This document shows positions 17,414 through 27,042 of a DNA stretch of 57,433 nt, one piece after another. The stretch spans positions 1 through 57,433 of the forward strand of contig CBHTTJ010000003.1 of NCBI GenBank assembly GCA_966095605.1, given 5' to 3'. The DNA is from an uncultured bacterium. GTDB lineage: Bacteria > Verrucomicrobiota > Verrucomicrobiia > Limisphaerales > JACDHS01. The notes beneath the pieces are model-generated. The model saw nothing but the letters and a program-made list of their open reading frames with translations. It searched no databases and was not told the DNA's origin. Numbering within the stretch: position 1 is the first letter of the stretch; every line of letters begins with the position of its first letter. Position numbers and translations under genes: made by a program.

Positions 17414-18031
17414 GTGGCCACTGAGCGAAACATATCGAAGCCCGAGAATGCTCCGTCCGCGGACGCAGCGAAGATCTCTGCTGCCGAAAAGGTTCGTCAT
17501 TTGCTCGATATTGCTCCCCCGGAACAGTTCCAAAGTGAATGGACGAAATTTTATTCCGCAGAGAAGGTGGTATCTCCACCGGTTACGCATTCATTGGTGA
17601 TTTTTCGGCTCGGTAACGAATGGTTTGCGTTGGCGACAAAAGTTTTCCAGGAAATTGCTGAACGTTCGGCTATTCATAGTCTGCCCCATTCACGAAAGAA
17701 TTTGATCCTGGGCCTGGTGCGCGTGCGCGGTGAACTGTTGATCACAGTTTCTCTGGGATCTCTTCTGGGCATCGATACAAAACCGCAGTTGAATACAGAA
17801 AGCCGGACGGTGCGCTTCATCGTCTTGAACAGTGGCGGCAATCGATTCGTTTTTCCGGCGGACGAAGTTTACGGGGTTCATCGGCTTTCCTCGGAATTGT
17901 TGCCAGTGCCTTCCACAGTGGCGAATGCGGCAGCCACTTACACCCGTGGATTGTTTCATTGGCAAAACAAGATCATTGGGTGTCTTGATGAACAACTGCT
18001 GTTCCACAGCTTAAACCGGAGTCTCACATGA
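17414..18031 (+). CDS. wspD: CheW-family coupling protein, WspD-like
   Basis: SLVIFRLGNEWFAL, IHSLPH, GLVRVRGEL; GTG start is uncertain. Confidence 0.87.
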   Translation: MATERNISKPENAPSADAAKISAAEKVRHLLDIAPPEQFQSEWTKFYSAEKVVSPPVTHSLVIFRLGNEWFALATKVFQEIAERSAIHSLPHSRKNLILGLVRVRGELLITVSLGSLLGIDTKPQLNTESRTVRFIVLNSGGNRFVFPADEVYGVHRLSSELLPVPSTVANAAATYTRGLFHWQNKIIGCLDEQLLFHSLNRSLT

Positions 18032-20292
18032 GCGGCCCGGATAACTTAAGCGAATTTTCCATGGTGGAGCTGTTTCGGCTCGAAGTCGAAACGCAGAAGG
18101 TGAGTCTCAACAACGGTCTGGTGAATCTGGAACGGGATCCCACCAACCAGGCCGAGTTGGAGATTCTCATGCGGGCAGCGCATTCACTCAAAGGCGCCGC
18201 GCGCATTGTTGGACTGGACGCTGCGGTTCGCGTTGCGCACAGCATGGAGGATGGATTTGTTGCGGCGCAAAAGAGTAAAGTGATTTTTGCTCAGCCTCAC
18301 ATCGACGTCATGCTGAAGGGCGTTGATTTGTTGTGGCGGATAGCGAATACGCCTGAAGCCGAAATCGGCACCTGGTCAGCAGATAAAGCTCCCGAGGTCG
18401 AAGGATTCCTCAAAGAACTGGAAGAAGTTTTGGCGGGTACACATACTCCGCCGCCGTCCCCGGTCGTCACGCCCAAGGCAGAGGTGAAACCTGCGATTGC
18501 CGAGCCGGCGAAGAAAGCGGAAGAGCCCGCCGCTGCTCCATCACGAGAGACACAGGAACGGTTCCTACGCGTCACTTCCGGTAGTCTGAATCGATTGCTT
18601 GGACTGGCGAGCGAATCTCTCGTCGAATCACGACGCCTCCGTCCATTCGCGGAAACCATGCTGCGCCTGAAAAGGCAGCATCACGAGCTTTCCCGAATGT
18701 TGGAGGTAATCCAGGATTCCATGCCAGCTGACGAGGTGACGGAAACGCGGTTGGCCAACGTGCAGGAGAAAGTGGCGGAATGCCGTTATTTTCTGGCGGA
18801 TCGCCTCAGCGAATTGGAAATGTTCGATCGCCGCGCAACGAACCTTTCCAAAAGGCTCTATGCGGAAACGCTTTCCTGTCGGATGCGACCGTTCGCGGAT
18901 GGAGTTCACGGCTTTCCTCGTTTGACACGCGACTTGTCAAAGAAGCTGGGCAAAGAAGTGCGTCTGGAGATTATTGGGCAGGACACGCAGGTCGACCGCG
19001 AAATTCTCGAGCAATTGGAAACGCCCATTACCCACATCATTGGCAACGCCATTGACCATGGGTTTGAGTCATCTGATGAACGTGTGCAACTCGGCAAGCC
19101 CAGAGAAGGCACCCTTCGTCTCGAAGCGCGTCATAGTGCTGGTGTTTTATTGATTATTGTCGCCGACGACGGGCGCGGTATTGATATGGAAGCGATTCGT
19201 CGGGCGGTCATTCGCCGGAAGTTGGCGACGGCTGATGTGGCGGAGCGGATGAGCGAGTCTGAGTTGATGGAATTTTTGTTCCTTCCTGGCTTTTCCATGA
19301 AGGAAAGCGTGACGGACATTTCGGGCCGCGGTGTGGGATTGGACATTGTTCGCAATATGGCCAAAAACGCGCGCGGCACTGTGCGTGTCTCCACGCAATT
19401 GGGTAAAGGCACACGGTTTCAGTTCGAACTCCCGTTGACTCTTTCCGTGGTGCGCAGTCTCCTGATCGAAATCGGCGCGGAGCCCTATGCGCTGCCGCTG
19501 GCTTCGGTAAATCGAACTTTGAAATTGCCGCGCGAGCAGATTCAAACGCTCGAAGGCAAACAACATTTCCCGTTTGATGGCAAACAAATCGGTTTAGTTA
19601 CTGCGCACCAGATTCTGGAACTGGATGTTCCTCCACCGGGAGAAGGAGAGATGGCCGTGATCATTTTCGGCGAACGCGAACGGCTTTATGGTTTGGTGGT
19701 GGATAAGTTTTTGGGAGAACAGGAACTGGTAGTGCAACCACTCGATCCGCGTCTCGGTAAAATTCGTGATATCAGCTCAGGTGCTTTGATGGAGAATGGA
19801 TCGCCGGTACTGATTTTGGATAGCGACGATCTTATTCGATCGATCGAGAAACTGGCGTCGGGCGGAATGCTTAGCAAAGTGCATGACGAAGGCGCGGTTC
19901 AGAGTGAAAGGAAACAGAAGCGCGTGCTGGTGGTCGATGATTCGCTGACGGTGCGTGAGTTGGAAAGAAAGCTCCTCGAAAATCAGGGCTACCACGTGGA
20001 GTTGGCCGTCGACGGCATGGACGGGTGGAATGCGGTGCGCACCAGTAAATATGATTTGATCGTGAGCGACGTCGATATGCCGCGGATGGACGGAATCGAG
20101 TTGCTTCGAAACATCCGTGCCGACAACCGGTTAAAATCTCTGCCGGTAATGATCGTGACTTACAAAGATCGCGAAGAAGACCGGAAACGCGGTCTGGAAG
20201 CGGGAGCAGATTATTATCTGACCAAGGGAAGCTTCTACGATGAAATGTTGATCAACGCGGTTGTGGACTTGATCGGAAAGGCTGACGCGTGA
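18028..20292 (+). CDS. wspE: Hybrid CheA-CheY histidine kinase, WspE-like
   Basis: HPt MRAAHSLKGAARIVG; HATPase NAIDHG/DDGRG/SGRGVGLD; CheW domain; C-terminal receiver VLVVDDS...SDVDMP. Confidence 0.94.
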   Translation: MSGPDNLSEFSMVELFRLEVETQKVSLNNGLVNLERDPTNQAELEILMRAAHSLKGAARIVGLDAAVRVAHSMEDGFVAAQKSKVIFAQPHIDVMLKGVDLLWRIANTPEAEIGTWSADKAPEVEGFLKELEEVLAGTHTPPPSPVVTPKAEVKPAIAEPAKKAEEPAAAPSRETQERFLRVTSGSLNRLLGLASESLVESRRLRPFAETMLRLKRQHHELSRMLEVIQDSMPADEVTETRLANVQEKVAECRYFLADRLSELEMFDRRATNLSKRLYAETLSCRMRPFADGVHGFPRLTRDLSKKLGKEVRLEIIGQDTQVDREILEQLETPITHIIGNAIDHGFESSDERVQLGKPREGTLRLEARHSAGVLLIIVADDGRGIDMEAIRRAVIRRKLATADVAERMSESELMEFLFLPGFSMKESVTDISGRGVGLDIVRNMAKNARGTVRVSTQLGKGTRFQFELPLTLSVVRSLLIEIGAEPYALPLASVNRTLKLPREQIQTLEGKQHFPFDGKQIGLVTAHQILELDVPPPGEGEMAVIIFGERERLYGLVVDKFLGEQELVVQPLDPRLGKIRDISSGALMENGSPVLILDSDDLIRSIEKLASGGMLSKVHDEGAVQSERKQKRVLVVDDSLTVRELERKLLENQGYHVELAVDGMDGWNAVRTSKYDLIVSDVDMPRMDGIELLRNIRADNRLKSLPVMIVTYKDREEDRKRGLEAGADYYLTKGSFYDEMLINAVVDLIGKADA

Positions 20293-21290
20293 AAATAGCG
20301 ATCGTCAATGATTTGCCCATGGCGTCGGAGATTCTTCGCCGCATCGTCTCGAGTTCACCTAAACATAAGGTGATCTGGATGGCGAAGAATGGGCGTGAGG
20401 CGGTCGACATGTGCAGCAAAGAGTTGCCGGAGTTGATTCTCATGGACCTCATGATGCCGGTGTTGGATGGCGTAGAGGCGACCCGCCGTATCATGCAGCA
20501 TTCGCCCTGTCCGATTCTGATTGTCAGCGCCCATAACGACGATTCCTCAAAAATTTTTGAAGCGATGGGAGTGGGGGCATTGGATGCGACGCCATTGCCC
20601 ACGCTTGGTTTGCAGGGAAGTGGGGCGGGACCGGCCCAATTGTTGGCCAAAATTGATTTAATGGCCCGGGATTACGGAAACGTTCCGGCGGAAAAGAGTT
20701 TTCACGCTTTCGCGCCAACCCAACGGAAGGATTACCTCGTTGCCATTGGTGCATCGGCCGGTGGTCCGGCTGCATTGGCGACTGTCTTGAAAGAACTGCC
20801 TGCAAATTTTCCAGCTCCAATCGTTATCGTCCAGCATCTCAGTTCCGAATTTGTTCCGGGCCTCGTGGATTGGCTGAATACACAAAGCGCGTTGAAAGTG
20901 CGCATTGCCAGGGATGGTGATCAGCCGGTTGCGGGTGAGGTTCTTGTGCCGGGAACGGATAACCATCTCGTCATCAATCCAGCGAATGCCTTGAGCTATA
21001 CGAGCCAGCCGGTGGACTGTATCCATCGCCCCTCCATTGACGTTTTCTTTAAAAGTGTCGCGCAACAATGGAACGGTGCAGCGATCGGCGTTTTGTTGAC
21101 GGGAATGGGACGCGACGGCGCTGCGGGTTTGAAAATGATGCGAAACAAAGGTTATTTGACCCTGGCGCAGGATCAGGCCACGTCGGTCGTTTATGGAATG
21201 CCAAAAGCAGCAGCCGCCATGGACGCAGTTTCTGAAGTGCTTCCTCTTTCCCAAATTCCGTTGCATTTGAAGATGATTTTGAAGGTGTAA
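20289..21290 (+). CDS. wspF: CheB methylesterase, WspF-like
   Basis: N-terminal receiver; catalytic motifs [20 protein letters not shown]. Confidence 0.94.
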   Translation: MKIAIVNDLPMASEILRRIVSSSPKHKVIWMAKNGREAVDMCSKELPELILMDLMMPVLDGVEATRRIMQHSPCPILIVSAHNDDSSKIFEAMGVGALDATPLPTLGLQGSGAGPAQLLAKIDLMARDYGNVPAEKSFHAFAPTQRKDYLVAIGASAGGPAALATVLKELPANFPAPIVIVQHLSSEFVPGLVDWLNTQSALKVRIARDGDQPVAGEVLVPGTDNHLVINPANALSYTSQPVDCIHRPSIDVFFKSVAQQWNGAAIGVLLTGMGRDGAAGLKMMRNKGYLTLAQDQATSVVYGMPKAAAAMDAVSEVLPLSQIPLHLKMILKV

Positions 21291-21297
21291 ATTTAGT

Positions 21298-23694
21298 ATG
21301 AGTGAGTCGCTGTCTCAGGATAATAAAAGCAAGGTTTTGCTCGTGGACGACCAGCCAATGGTGGCGGAGGCAATTCGTCGTTCGCTCAGCTCAGAGAAGA
21401 ATCTTGAGTTTCATTATTGCGTCGACCCCGCCAAGGCCGTCGAAATGGCTGATCGCATTCAACCATCAGTGATTCTACAGGACCTTGTGATGCCGCAAAT
21501 CGATGGCCTCACTTTGGTGCAACAATTTCGAGCAAACAAAACAACCGCGGAAACACCGATCATTGTTCTTTCAACCAAGGAAGAACCGGTTATCAAAGCC
21601 AAAGCATTTGAGGTCGGAGCCAATGATTATATCGTCAAGCTTCCGGACAAAATCGAATTGCTCGCACGTATCCGTTATCACTCCAAGGCGCATCTCGCGC
21701 AGATGTTGCTCGTTGAGAAAAACAAGGAGTTGCTGACGCTCAACGAGAAATTGGAAGCAGCCACCCGCGCAAAGTCCGAGTTTCTCGCGAGCATGAGCCA
21801 TGAAATTCGGACCCCGATGAACGGCGTTATCGGAATGACCGATGTTTTGCTGGCGACGGAGTTAACCGAGGAACAAAAGGGATTTGCAGAGACGATCAAG
21901 AATTCCGGAGCGGCTCTGCTGTCCATTATCAATGACATTCTCGATTTTTCGAAAATCGAGTCGGGGAAACTCGAGTTGGAAAAGCATCCTTTCGATTTGT
22001 GCGCCTGTGTCGAAGAAACGCTTTATCTGCTGGCACCACAAGCTGCCGCCAAAAAAATTGAACTGGCTTATGACGCAGATGCATCCGTTCCGTGGACAGT
22101 TATCGGCGACGTCGTGCGTATTCGGCAGTTGCTGATCAACCTTATCGGCAATGCTCTCAAGTTTACGCAACAAGGTGAGGTGATTGTTTTTATCAAACCC
22201 GAGAGCGATAGGCCCTCGACCCATTTGCAATTTTCGGTGCGCGACACGGGCATCGGGATTCCGACGGAAAAACTCGACCGCTTGTTTAAATCATTTAGTC
22301 AGGTGGATAGCTCAACCACTCGTCAGTACGGTGGAACTGGTCTCGGGCTGGCGATTTGCAAACGTCTTGCCGAGTTGATGGACGGGAAGATTTGGGTGGA
22401 AAGTGTTGCTGGCAAGGGTTCGACCTTCCATTTTTCGGTCGCACTCGAAGCCGACAAAACAGCATCGGCTCCAGTGCTTCCCGTTGTTTCCAAGCGTTTG
22501 TTGCTGATCGAAGCCAATCCAACGATTGCTAATTTTGCCAGCCGACAGCTGAAATTGATTGGCTGCGGCATTGATCGAACGTTCTCCTCGGAAGAGGCAT
22601 TGGAACAATTACGTCGGGAAAAGTACGACGCCATTCTATTGGATGCTCATTTGCCCACAGGAACGGGTGTTGAACTGTTGCGTGACATTCGAAAATTGAC
22701 CCAGGTGCCGGTGGTTGGGCTTACGCATGTCTCCATTCCCGCCGAAGAAAAAGATTTTGAAGAAGCCGGCGTCACTTTGCTTTTGCGCAAGCCATTGCGG
22801 CGTTCAAAGCTGCACGAATTGGGGCAGCGTCTCGCCCGACCAGATGATCAGGTGGTGCCTAAAACGATTCGTCGCGACAGCGCGCAGACGCTCGCAGAAC
22901 GATTTCCTTTGCGGATTCTTCTGGCCGATGACAACCCGATCAATCAACGAGTCGGTGTGACAATGCTGCGCAAGCTCGGATACCAGCCTGCATGCGTCGA
23001 AAACGGTCTGGAGATTATTCAAACGCTAAAGAACCAATCCTATGACATCGTTTTCACGGACGTGCAAATGCCGCAAATGGACGGTTACGAAGCAACGCGG
23101 CAAATTCGTGCCAACGAAAAAGAAAGAGGCCTTTCACCCCTCGTCATCATTGCGATGACAGCGAATGCGTTGAAAGGGGATCAGGAAAAATGCATTGAGG
23201 CGGGCATGAATGACTATGTTTCCAAACCAGTGCAGATGGAAACACTCCAGGCGACGTTGGAAAAATGGGGCAAAACAATTTACGGTGAGGAAGGCATTGC
23301 CTCCGAACCGCTCGCTCCTTCTGCTGCCAAAGCGGCGCCTTTCGATATGAAGCGCTTGCTCGACCTGGTGGACCACCAGGCGGAGGCTTTGAAGGAGTTA
23401 ATTGAACTCTATACCACCAAAACGCGAAGCCAGTTGGAGAAGCTCAAGGAAGCGATTGCTAAAAATGCGCCGGACGATGTTCGCCGTATTGCTCATAGTT
23501 GTGTTGGCTCGAGCGCAGTTTGTGGTATGAATGAAATTGCCGGAATTTTTCGCCAGATCGAACGCAATGGCATGGATGGCAATCTCGCAGACAGTATGAG
23601 CCTGCATGCGCAAGCTTCTCAGGAGTTCGAACGGTTGGAGAAATTTTTGACCGACGTTGATTTAACCACGCTGACCAGCACCACAAGCCATTAG
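21298..23694 (+). CDS. Hybrid histidine kinase (WspR-type REC, HisKA, HATPase, REC, REC, HPt)
   Basis: N-terminal receiver ILQDLVMP...[11 protein letters not shown]...[11 protein letters not shown]...ARIRYHS; H-box [11 protein letters not shown]; GGTGLGL; two further receivers; HPt [11 protein letters not shown]. Confidence 0.92.
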   Translation: MSESLSQDNKSKVLLVDDQPMVAEAIRRSLSSEKNLEFHYCVDPAKAVEMADRIQPSVILQDLVMPQIDGLTLVQQFRANKTTAETPIIVLSTKEEPVIKAKAFEVGANDYIVKLPDKIELLARIRYHSKAHLAQMLLVEKNKELLTLNEKLEAATRAKSEFLASMSHEIRTPMNGVIGMTDVLLATELTEEQKGFAETIKNSGAALLSIINDILDFSKIESGKLELEKHPFDLCACVEETLYLLAPQAAAKKIELAYDADASVPWTVIGDVVRIRQLLINLIGNALKFTQQGEVIVFIKPESDRPSTHLQFSVRDTGIGIPTEKLDRLFKSFSQVDSSTTRQYGGTGLGLAICKRLAELMDGKIWVESVAGKGSTFHFSVALEADKTASAPVLPVVSKRLLLIEANPTIANFASRQLKLIGCGIDRTFSSEEALEQLRREKYDAILLDAHLPTGTGVELLRDIRKLTQVPVVGLTHVSIPAEEKDFEEAGVTLLLRKPLRRSKLHELGQRLARPDDQVVPKTIRRDSAQTLAERFPLRILLADDNPINQRVGVTMLRKLGYQPACVENGLEIIQTLKNQSYDIVFTDVQMPQMDGYEATRQIRANEKERGLSPLVIIAMTANALKGDQEKCIEAGMNDYVSKPVQMETLQATLEKWGKTIYGEEGIASEPLAPSAAKAAPFDMKRLLDLVDHQAEALKELIELYTTKTRSQLEKLKEAIAKNAPDDVRRIAHSCVGSSAVCGMNEIAGIFRQIERNGMDGNLADSMSLHAQASQEFERLEKFLTDVDLTTLTSTTSH

Positions 23695-23696
23695 TC

Positions 23697-24314
23697 ATGG
23701 AAGAGTTAGACCAGTTAGACAGTATTCTTGCCGAATTGAGACGATTAAAAGTTCTCGTTGCGGAAGACGATGAAGTCGCAGCGAAGGTGTTGCAGGTCAT
23801 CCTCACGAAGTTGGGTTTGAACGTGATGGTAGCGCATGATGGCGCCACGGCCTGGAAAATGTACGAAGAGTTTCTTCCGTCGATTGTGTTGACCGATTGG
23901 CAAATGCCGGAATTTAGCGGTATCGAGCTTTGCCAAAAAATCCGAGGTGCCGACCGGATGGATTACACTTACATCATTGTTTTGACCGCTGCGTTTACCA
24001 GTAAACAGAACTATCTGGAAGCAATGCAGGCTGGCGCTGACGATTTTCTAAGGAAGCCCTACGAAAAGGATGAATTGGTTGCGCGGTTGTGCGTGGCGCA
24101 ACGGATCATTAATTTCCACGCGCAGATGCGCGAGCTCCGACAGCTTCTTCCTGTGTGTTCTTATTGTAAAAGCGTCCGCGACGACAAAGATTATTGGCAG
24201 AAAATTGAAGTCTATTTGCAGAAGCACACGGGCTCTCACATCACGCACGGCATCTGCCCAAAGTGTGTGGAGAAATATTTCGACAACACTTATCCACTGA
24301 AAAACGGCGTGTAA
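23697..24314 (+). CDS. Response regulator: receiver plus Cys-rich C-terminal module
   Basis: VLVAEDD, LTDWQMP, FLRKP; C-terminal CSYCK...THGICPKC. Confidence 0.9.
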   Translation: MEELDQLDSILAELRRLKVLVAEDDEVAAKVLQVILTKLGLNVMVAHDGATAWKMYEEFLPSIVLTDWQMPEFSGIELCQKIRGADRMDYTYIIVLTAAFTSKQNYLEAMQAGADDFLRKPYEKDELVARLCVAQRIINFHAQMRELRQLLPVCSYCKSVRDDKDYWQKIEVYLQKHTGSHITHGICPKCVEKYFDNTYPLKNGV

Positions 24315-24333
24315 ACGCGCCAGGAAAGTAACT

Positions 24334-25893
24334 ATGCGCCCAAATCCAACACCAACCATCCGAGACGAAAGTATTATCAAACATTGCGAGATTATGATCG
24401 TTGAAGACGACAGCATGGTTGTGGCCGTGTTGCAGCGTCGCCTGGAAAAAATGGGATATGGTATTTCCTGCTCGGCGGCTTCGGGGGAAGAGGCGCTCGC
24501 CAAGGCGCGCAAGTTCAGGCCCGCGATCGTGCTCATGGACATTGTCCTCGAAGGTGCGATGGACGGCATCGAAGCCGCCCAACGGATTCGTGCCGAATTG
24601 GACATCCCCGTGGTCTATCTTACGTCACACAGTGACGAACAAACCCTTCATCGGGCGACTATCACTTCCCCGTTCGGTTATATCGTCAAACCTTTCGAAG
24701 AAGGTGAATTGCGAGCCGCCATTGAAATCGGGCTCTATCGTCACAAAGCCGATCAACAACTTCGCAAAATGGAACGCTGGCTGGCCACGACTCTTCGCAG
24801 TATTGGTGACGGTGTGATCACAACCGATAAAATCGGTCGTGTGACGATGTTGAATGCCGTCGCGGAAAACCTTACCGGGTGGAAGCAGACAGACGCTTTG
24901 GGGCAGCGGTTTGATAAAGTATTCCAGGCCATTAAGGAAAAATCCCGCGAACCCATTGAAAGCCCGGCGACTCGAGCGATGCGCGATGGAATGGTGGTAA
25001 ATCTGGAAGACGATACGATTCTGCTGGCCAAGGACGGGCGCGAAGTTCCCGTTGAAGACAGTGCGGCTCCGATTCGCGATGATGATGGCAAGGTGATTGG
25101 TTCAGTCGTTGTTTTCCGCGATGGCTCGCAGCAGCGACGCGCAAAGGCGAGTATCGATGATATTAATAAAGAGTTGGAAGCAAGAGTCCGTCAAAGAACA
25201 CAACAATTGGAAGCGGCCAACCGCGAACTGGAAGCGTTTACCTATTCTGTCTCCCATGATTTAACGGCGCCAATTCGTGCCATCGATGGTTTCGCCAGCG
25301 CATTGGCCGAGGATTACGGCGGTGTTCTGGATGCTGAGGGTAAACGGTTTTTGGAACTCGTCTGCAAAAACACCCGTCGAATGGGACAGATGGTCCAGGA
25401 TTTCTTGCGCCTTTCCCGCCTTGAGAACAGCCAATTTAAAATGCGCGTTGTCGACATGACGGCTTTAGCAAAATCGGTGATAGACGACCCGGCATTTGCG
25501 ATGCCGAAAGCTAACGGTAAAGTGGAAATCGATAATTTGCCTGAAGCGTATGGCGACCCTGCGTTCCTGCGTCAGATTTTCGAAAATTTATTGTCGAACG
25601 CGATCAAGTATTCCCGCCAAAAAGAGACGCCACGCATTAGCGTTTCCGGGGAGACTAAAAAAGGTGAGGCTATTTATTGTGTGAAGGACAACGGGGTAGG
25701 GTTCGACGAAAAGCAAGCCGGCGATTTGTTTGGTGTTTTCCAAAGACTCCATTCCTCGGATGAGTTTGAAGGCAATGGCGTTGGCCTCGCCATCGTGCGC
25801 CGCATCGTGCTTCGTCATGGTGGACGCGTGTGGGCGGAGAGTAAGCCGAATAAGGGGTCTTCCTTTTATTTTTGTTTACCGATATCGAAATAA
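24334..25893 (+). CDS. Cytoplasmic REC-PAS-histidine kinase
   Basis: Receiver IVEDD/LMDI/KP; PAS IGDGVITTD...SAAPIRD; H-box YSVSHDL; NAIKYS, DNGVGF, FQRLH...GVGLA. Confidence 0.92.
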   Translation: MRPNPTPTIRDESIIKHCEIMIVEDDSMVVAVLQRRLEKMGYGISCSAASGEEALAKARKFRPAIVLMDIVLEGAMDGIEAAQRIRAELDIPVVYLTSHSDEQTLHRATITSPFGYIVKPFEEGELRAAIEIGLYRHKADQQLRKMERWLATTLRSIGDGVITTDKIGRVTMLNAVAENLTGWKQTDALGQRFDKVFQAIKEKSREPIESPATRAMRDGMVVNLEDDTILLAKDGREVPVEDSAAPIRDDDGKVIGSVVVFRDGSQQRRAKASIDDINKELEARVRQRTQQLEAANRELEAFTYSVSHDLTAPIRAIDGFASALAEDYGGVLDAEGKRFLELVCKNTRRMGQMVQDFLRLSRLENSQFKMRVVDMTALAKSVIDDPAFAMPKANGKVEIDNLPEAYGDPAFLRQIFENLLSNAIKYSRQKETPRISVSGETKKGEAIYCVKDNGVGFDEKQAGDLFGVFQRLHSSDEFEGNGVGLAIVRRIVLRHGGRVWAESKPNKGSSFYFCLPISK

Positions 25894-25965
25894 ACGATCA
25901 GGTAAGGTTGCGTGCGAGGCATTAGTTGTTCGGCGTGGTTCGAGCCGAAAGGGAATGCTAGCTTG

Positions 25966-27042
25966 CTAACGTGCGTCGGATGTAACTTGCGGTTGGGGTT
26001 TGGGGGTGATAGTTCCAGCTGTGGATGGGCGGATTTTGTGGAATCGAGGCAAATTCAGGAACGCCAGCAATAGCATAATGCCGAACATCCCGATCCATTC
26101 ATCCAAGGAGATTGTGGTTAAAGGATGTTTTTGGAAGGGGAATACGTTTAACAGCAAGGTGAAAATGGGAACGAGGAATAGATATGGCGCGACTTGCTTA
26201 AGCTCCTCCCTCTTTAAGGCACATTGCAAACTCCACAGCAATATAAATAAACAAGCGCCGAAGGTTATCGCGACGAGGTAGAGTCTCCAATCATAATGGA
26301 TGTGTTCCGGTCGAAGTAACCAAGCTAAAAGCAGCATCACAGGACCAATCGGGACAAGTTTTATCAAAAGAATTTCGTGATTGGATCTGGAAAACGTGAG
26401 GGTTCGAGTCAATTGCATGTTGATTGCCGCTGTCGCCGCTCCGAAAATGGATAGTAACACGCCAAGAAGCAAAAGTTGCACTCTTCCCGTCGAAGGAAGA
26501 AGAAGATTTAAAGTGGCGCGTCCTGACTTGTTATCCATGTGACAAGCCTCCTTCATTTCCGCGCCTCTAAACATCAGATAACAAGCGGTAACGCAACCTG
26601 CCATCACAAGCCAATCCCAATACGATGTCCGGCTTCTGCTTTTACCGAAAATTCTTCCAACAATTACGACCAAAGCGGGCGTCAGCGCGTAGTCAATGAA
26701 GGTATTGCGCGTTGATCCCAGTGGAGGAAGATTGGCAAGAGAGGTCGAGGCGTAACAGCATCCTGCCGTGACGATCAAAGATAAAACCGTCTTGAGTCCT
26801 GTAGGGCCAAGGGGGGGAGGAGCCTGACTCGCAGCCTTTTGGCTGATTGCAACTATACACGAAAGGAGTGCGGCGAAGATGAAGCTGCATCCGAGGAGAT
26901 AGAAAATATTAAGTGGATTGCTCACGTTGGATCGTGTCCCCTCGTGAGTTATCCATTTTGCGCCGAACTCCAGTCCTGCGCTGGCAAGCCCGGACAGTAT
27001 GCAGAAGCCCCAAAAAAATAACCTGGATTGTCCGCTGCTCAT
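25966..27042 (-). CDS. Multi-pass membrane protein, probable DMT/EamA-like transporter
   Basis: About 10 hydrophobic segments in two halves; VAPYLFLVPIFTLLL and EWIGMFGIML resemble an EamA repeat end; 4-bp overlap with the upstream gene. Confidence 0.6.
   Translation of the reverse strand: MSSGQSRLFFWGFCILSGLASAGLEFGAKWITHEGTRSNVSNPLNIFYLLGCSFIFAALLSCIVAISQKAASQAPPPLGPTGLKTVLSLIVTAGCCYASTSLANLPPLGSTRNTFIDYALTPALVVIVGRIFGKSRSRTSYWDWLVMAGCVTACYLMFRGAEMKEACHMDNKSGRATLNLLLPSTGRVQLLLLGVLLSIFGAATAAINMQLTRTLTFSRSNHEILLIKLVPIGPVMLLLAWLLRPEHIHYDWRLYLVAITFGACLFILLWSLQCALKREELKQVAPYLFLVPIFTLLLNVFPFQKHPLTTISLDEWIGMFGIMLLLAFLNLPRFHKIRPSTAGTITPKPQPQVTSDAR

Noticed and set aside
25894-25965. Possible integron attC remnant after the DMT-like gene (GCCGAAC on the minus strand)
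   Set aside because: No complementary partner box or full hairpin, and no integrase in the window.
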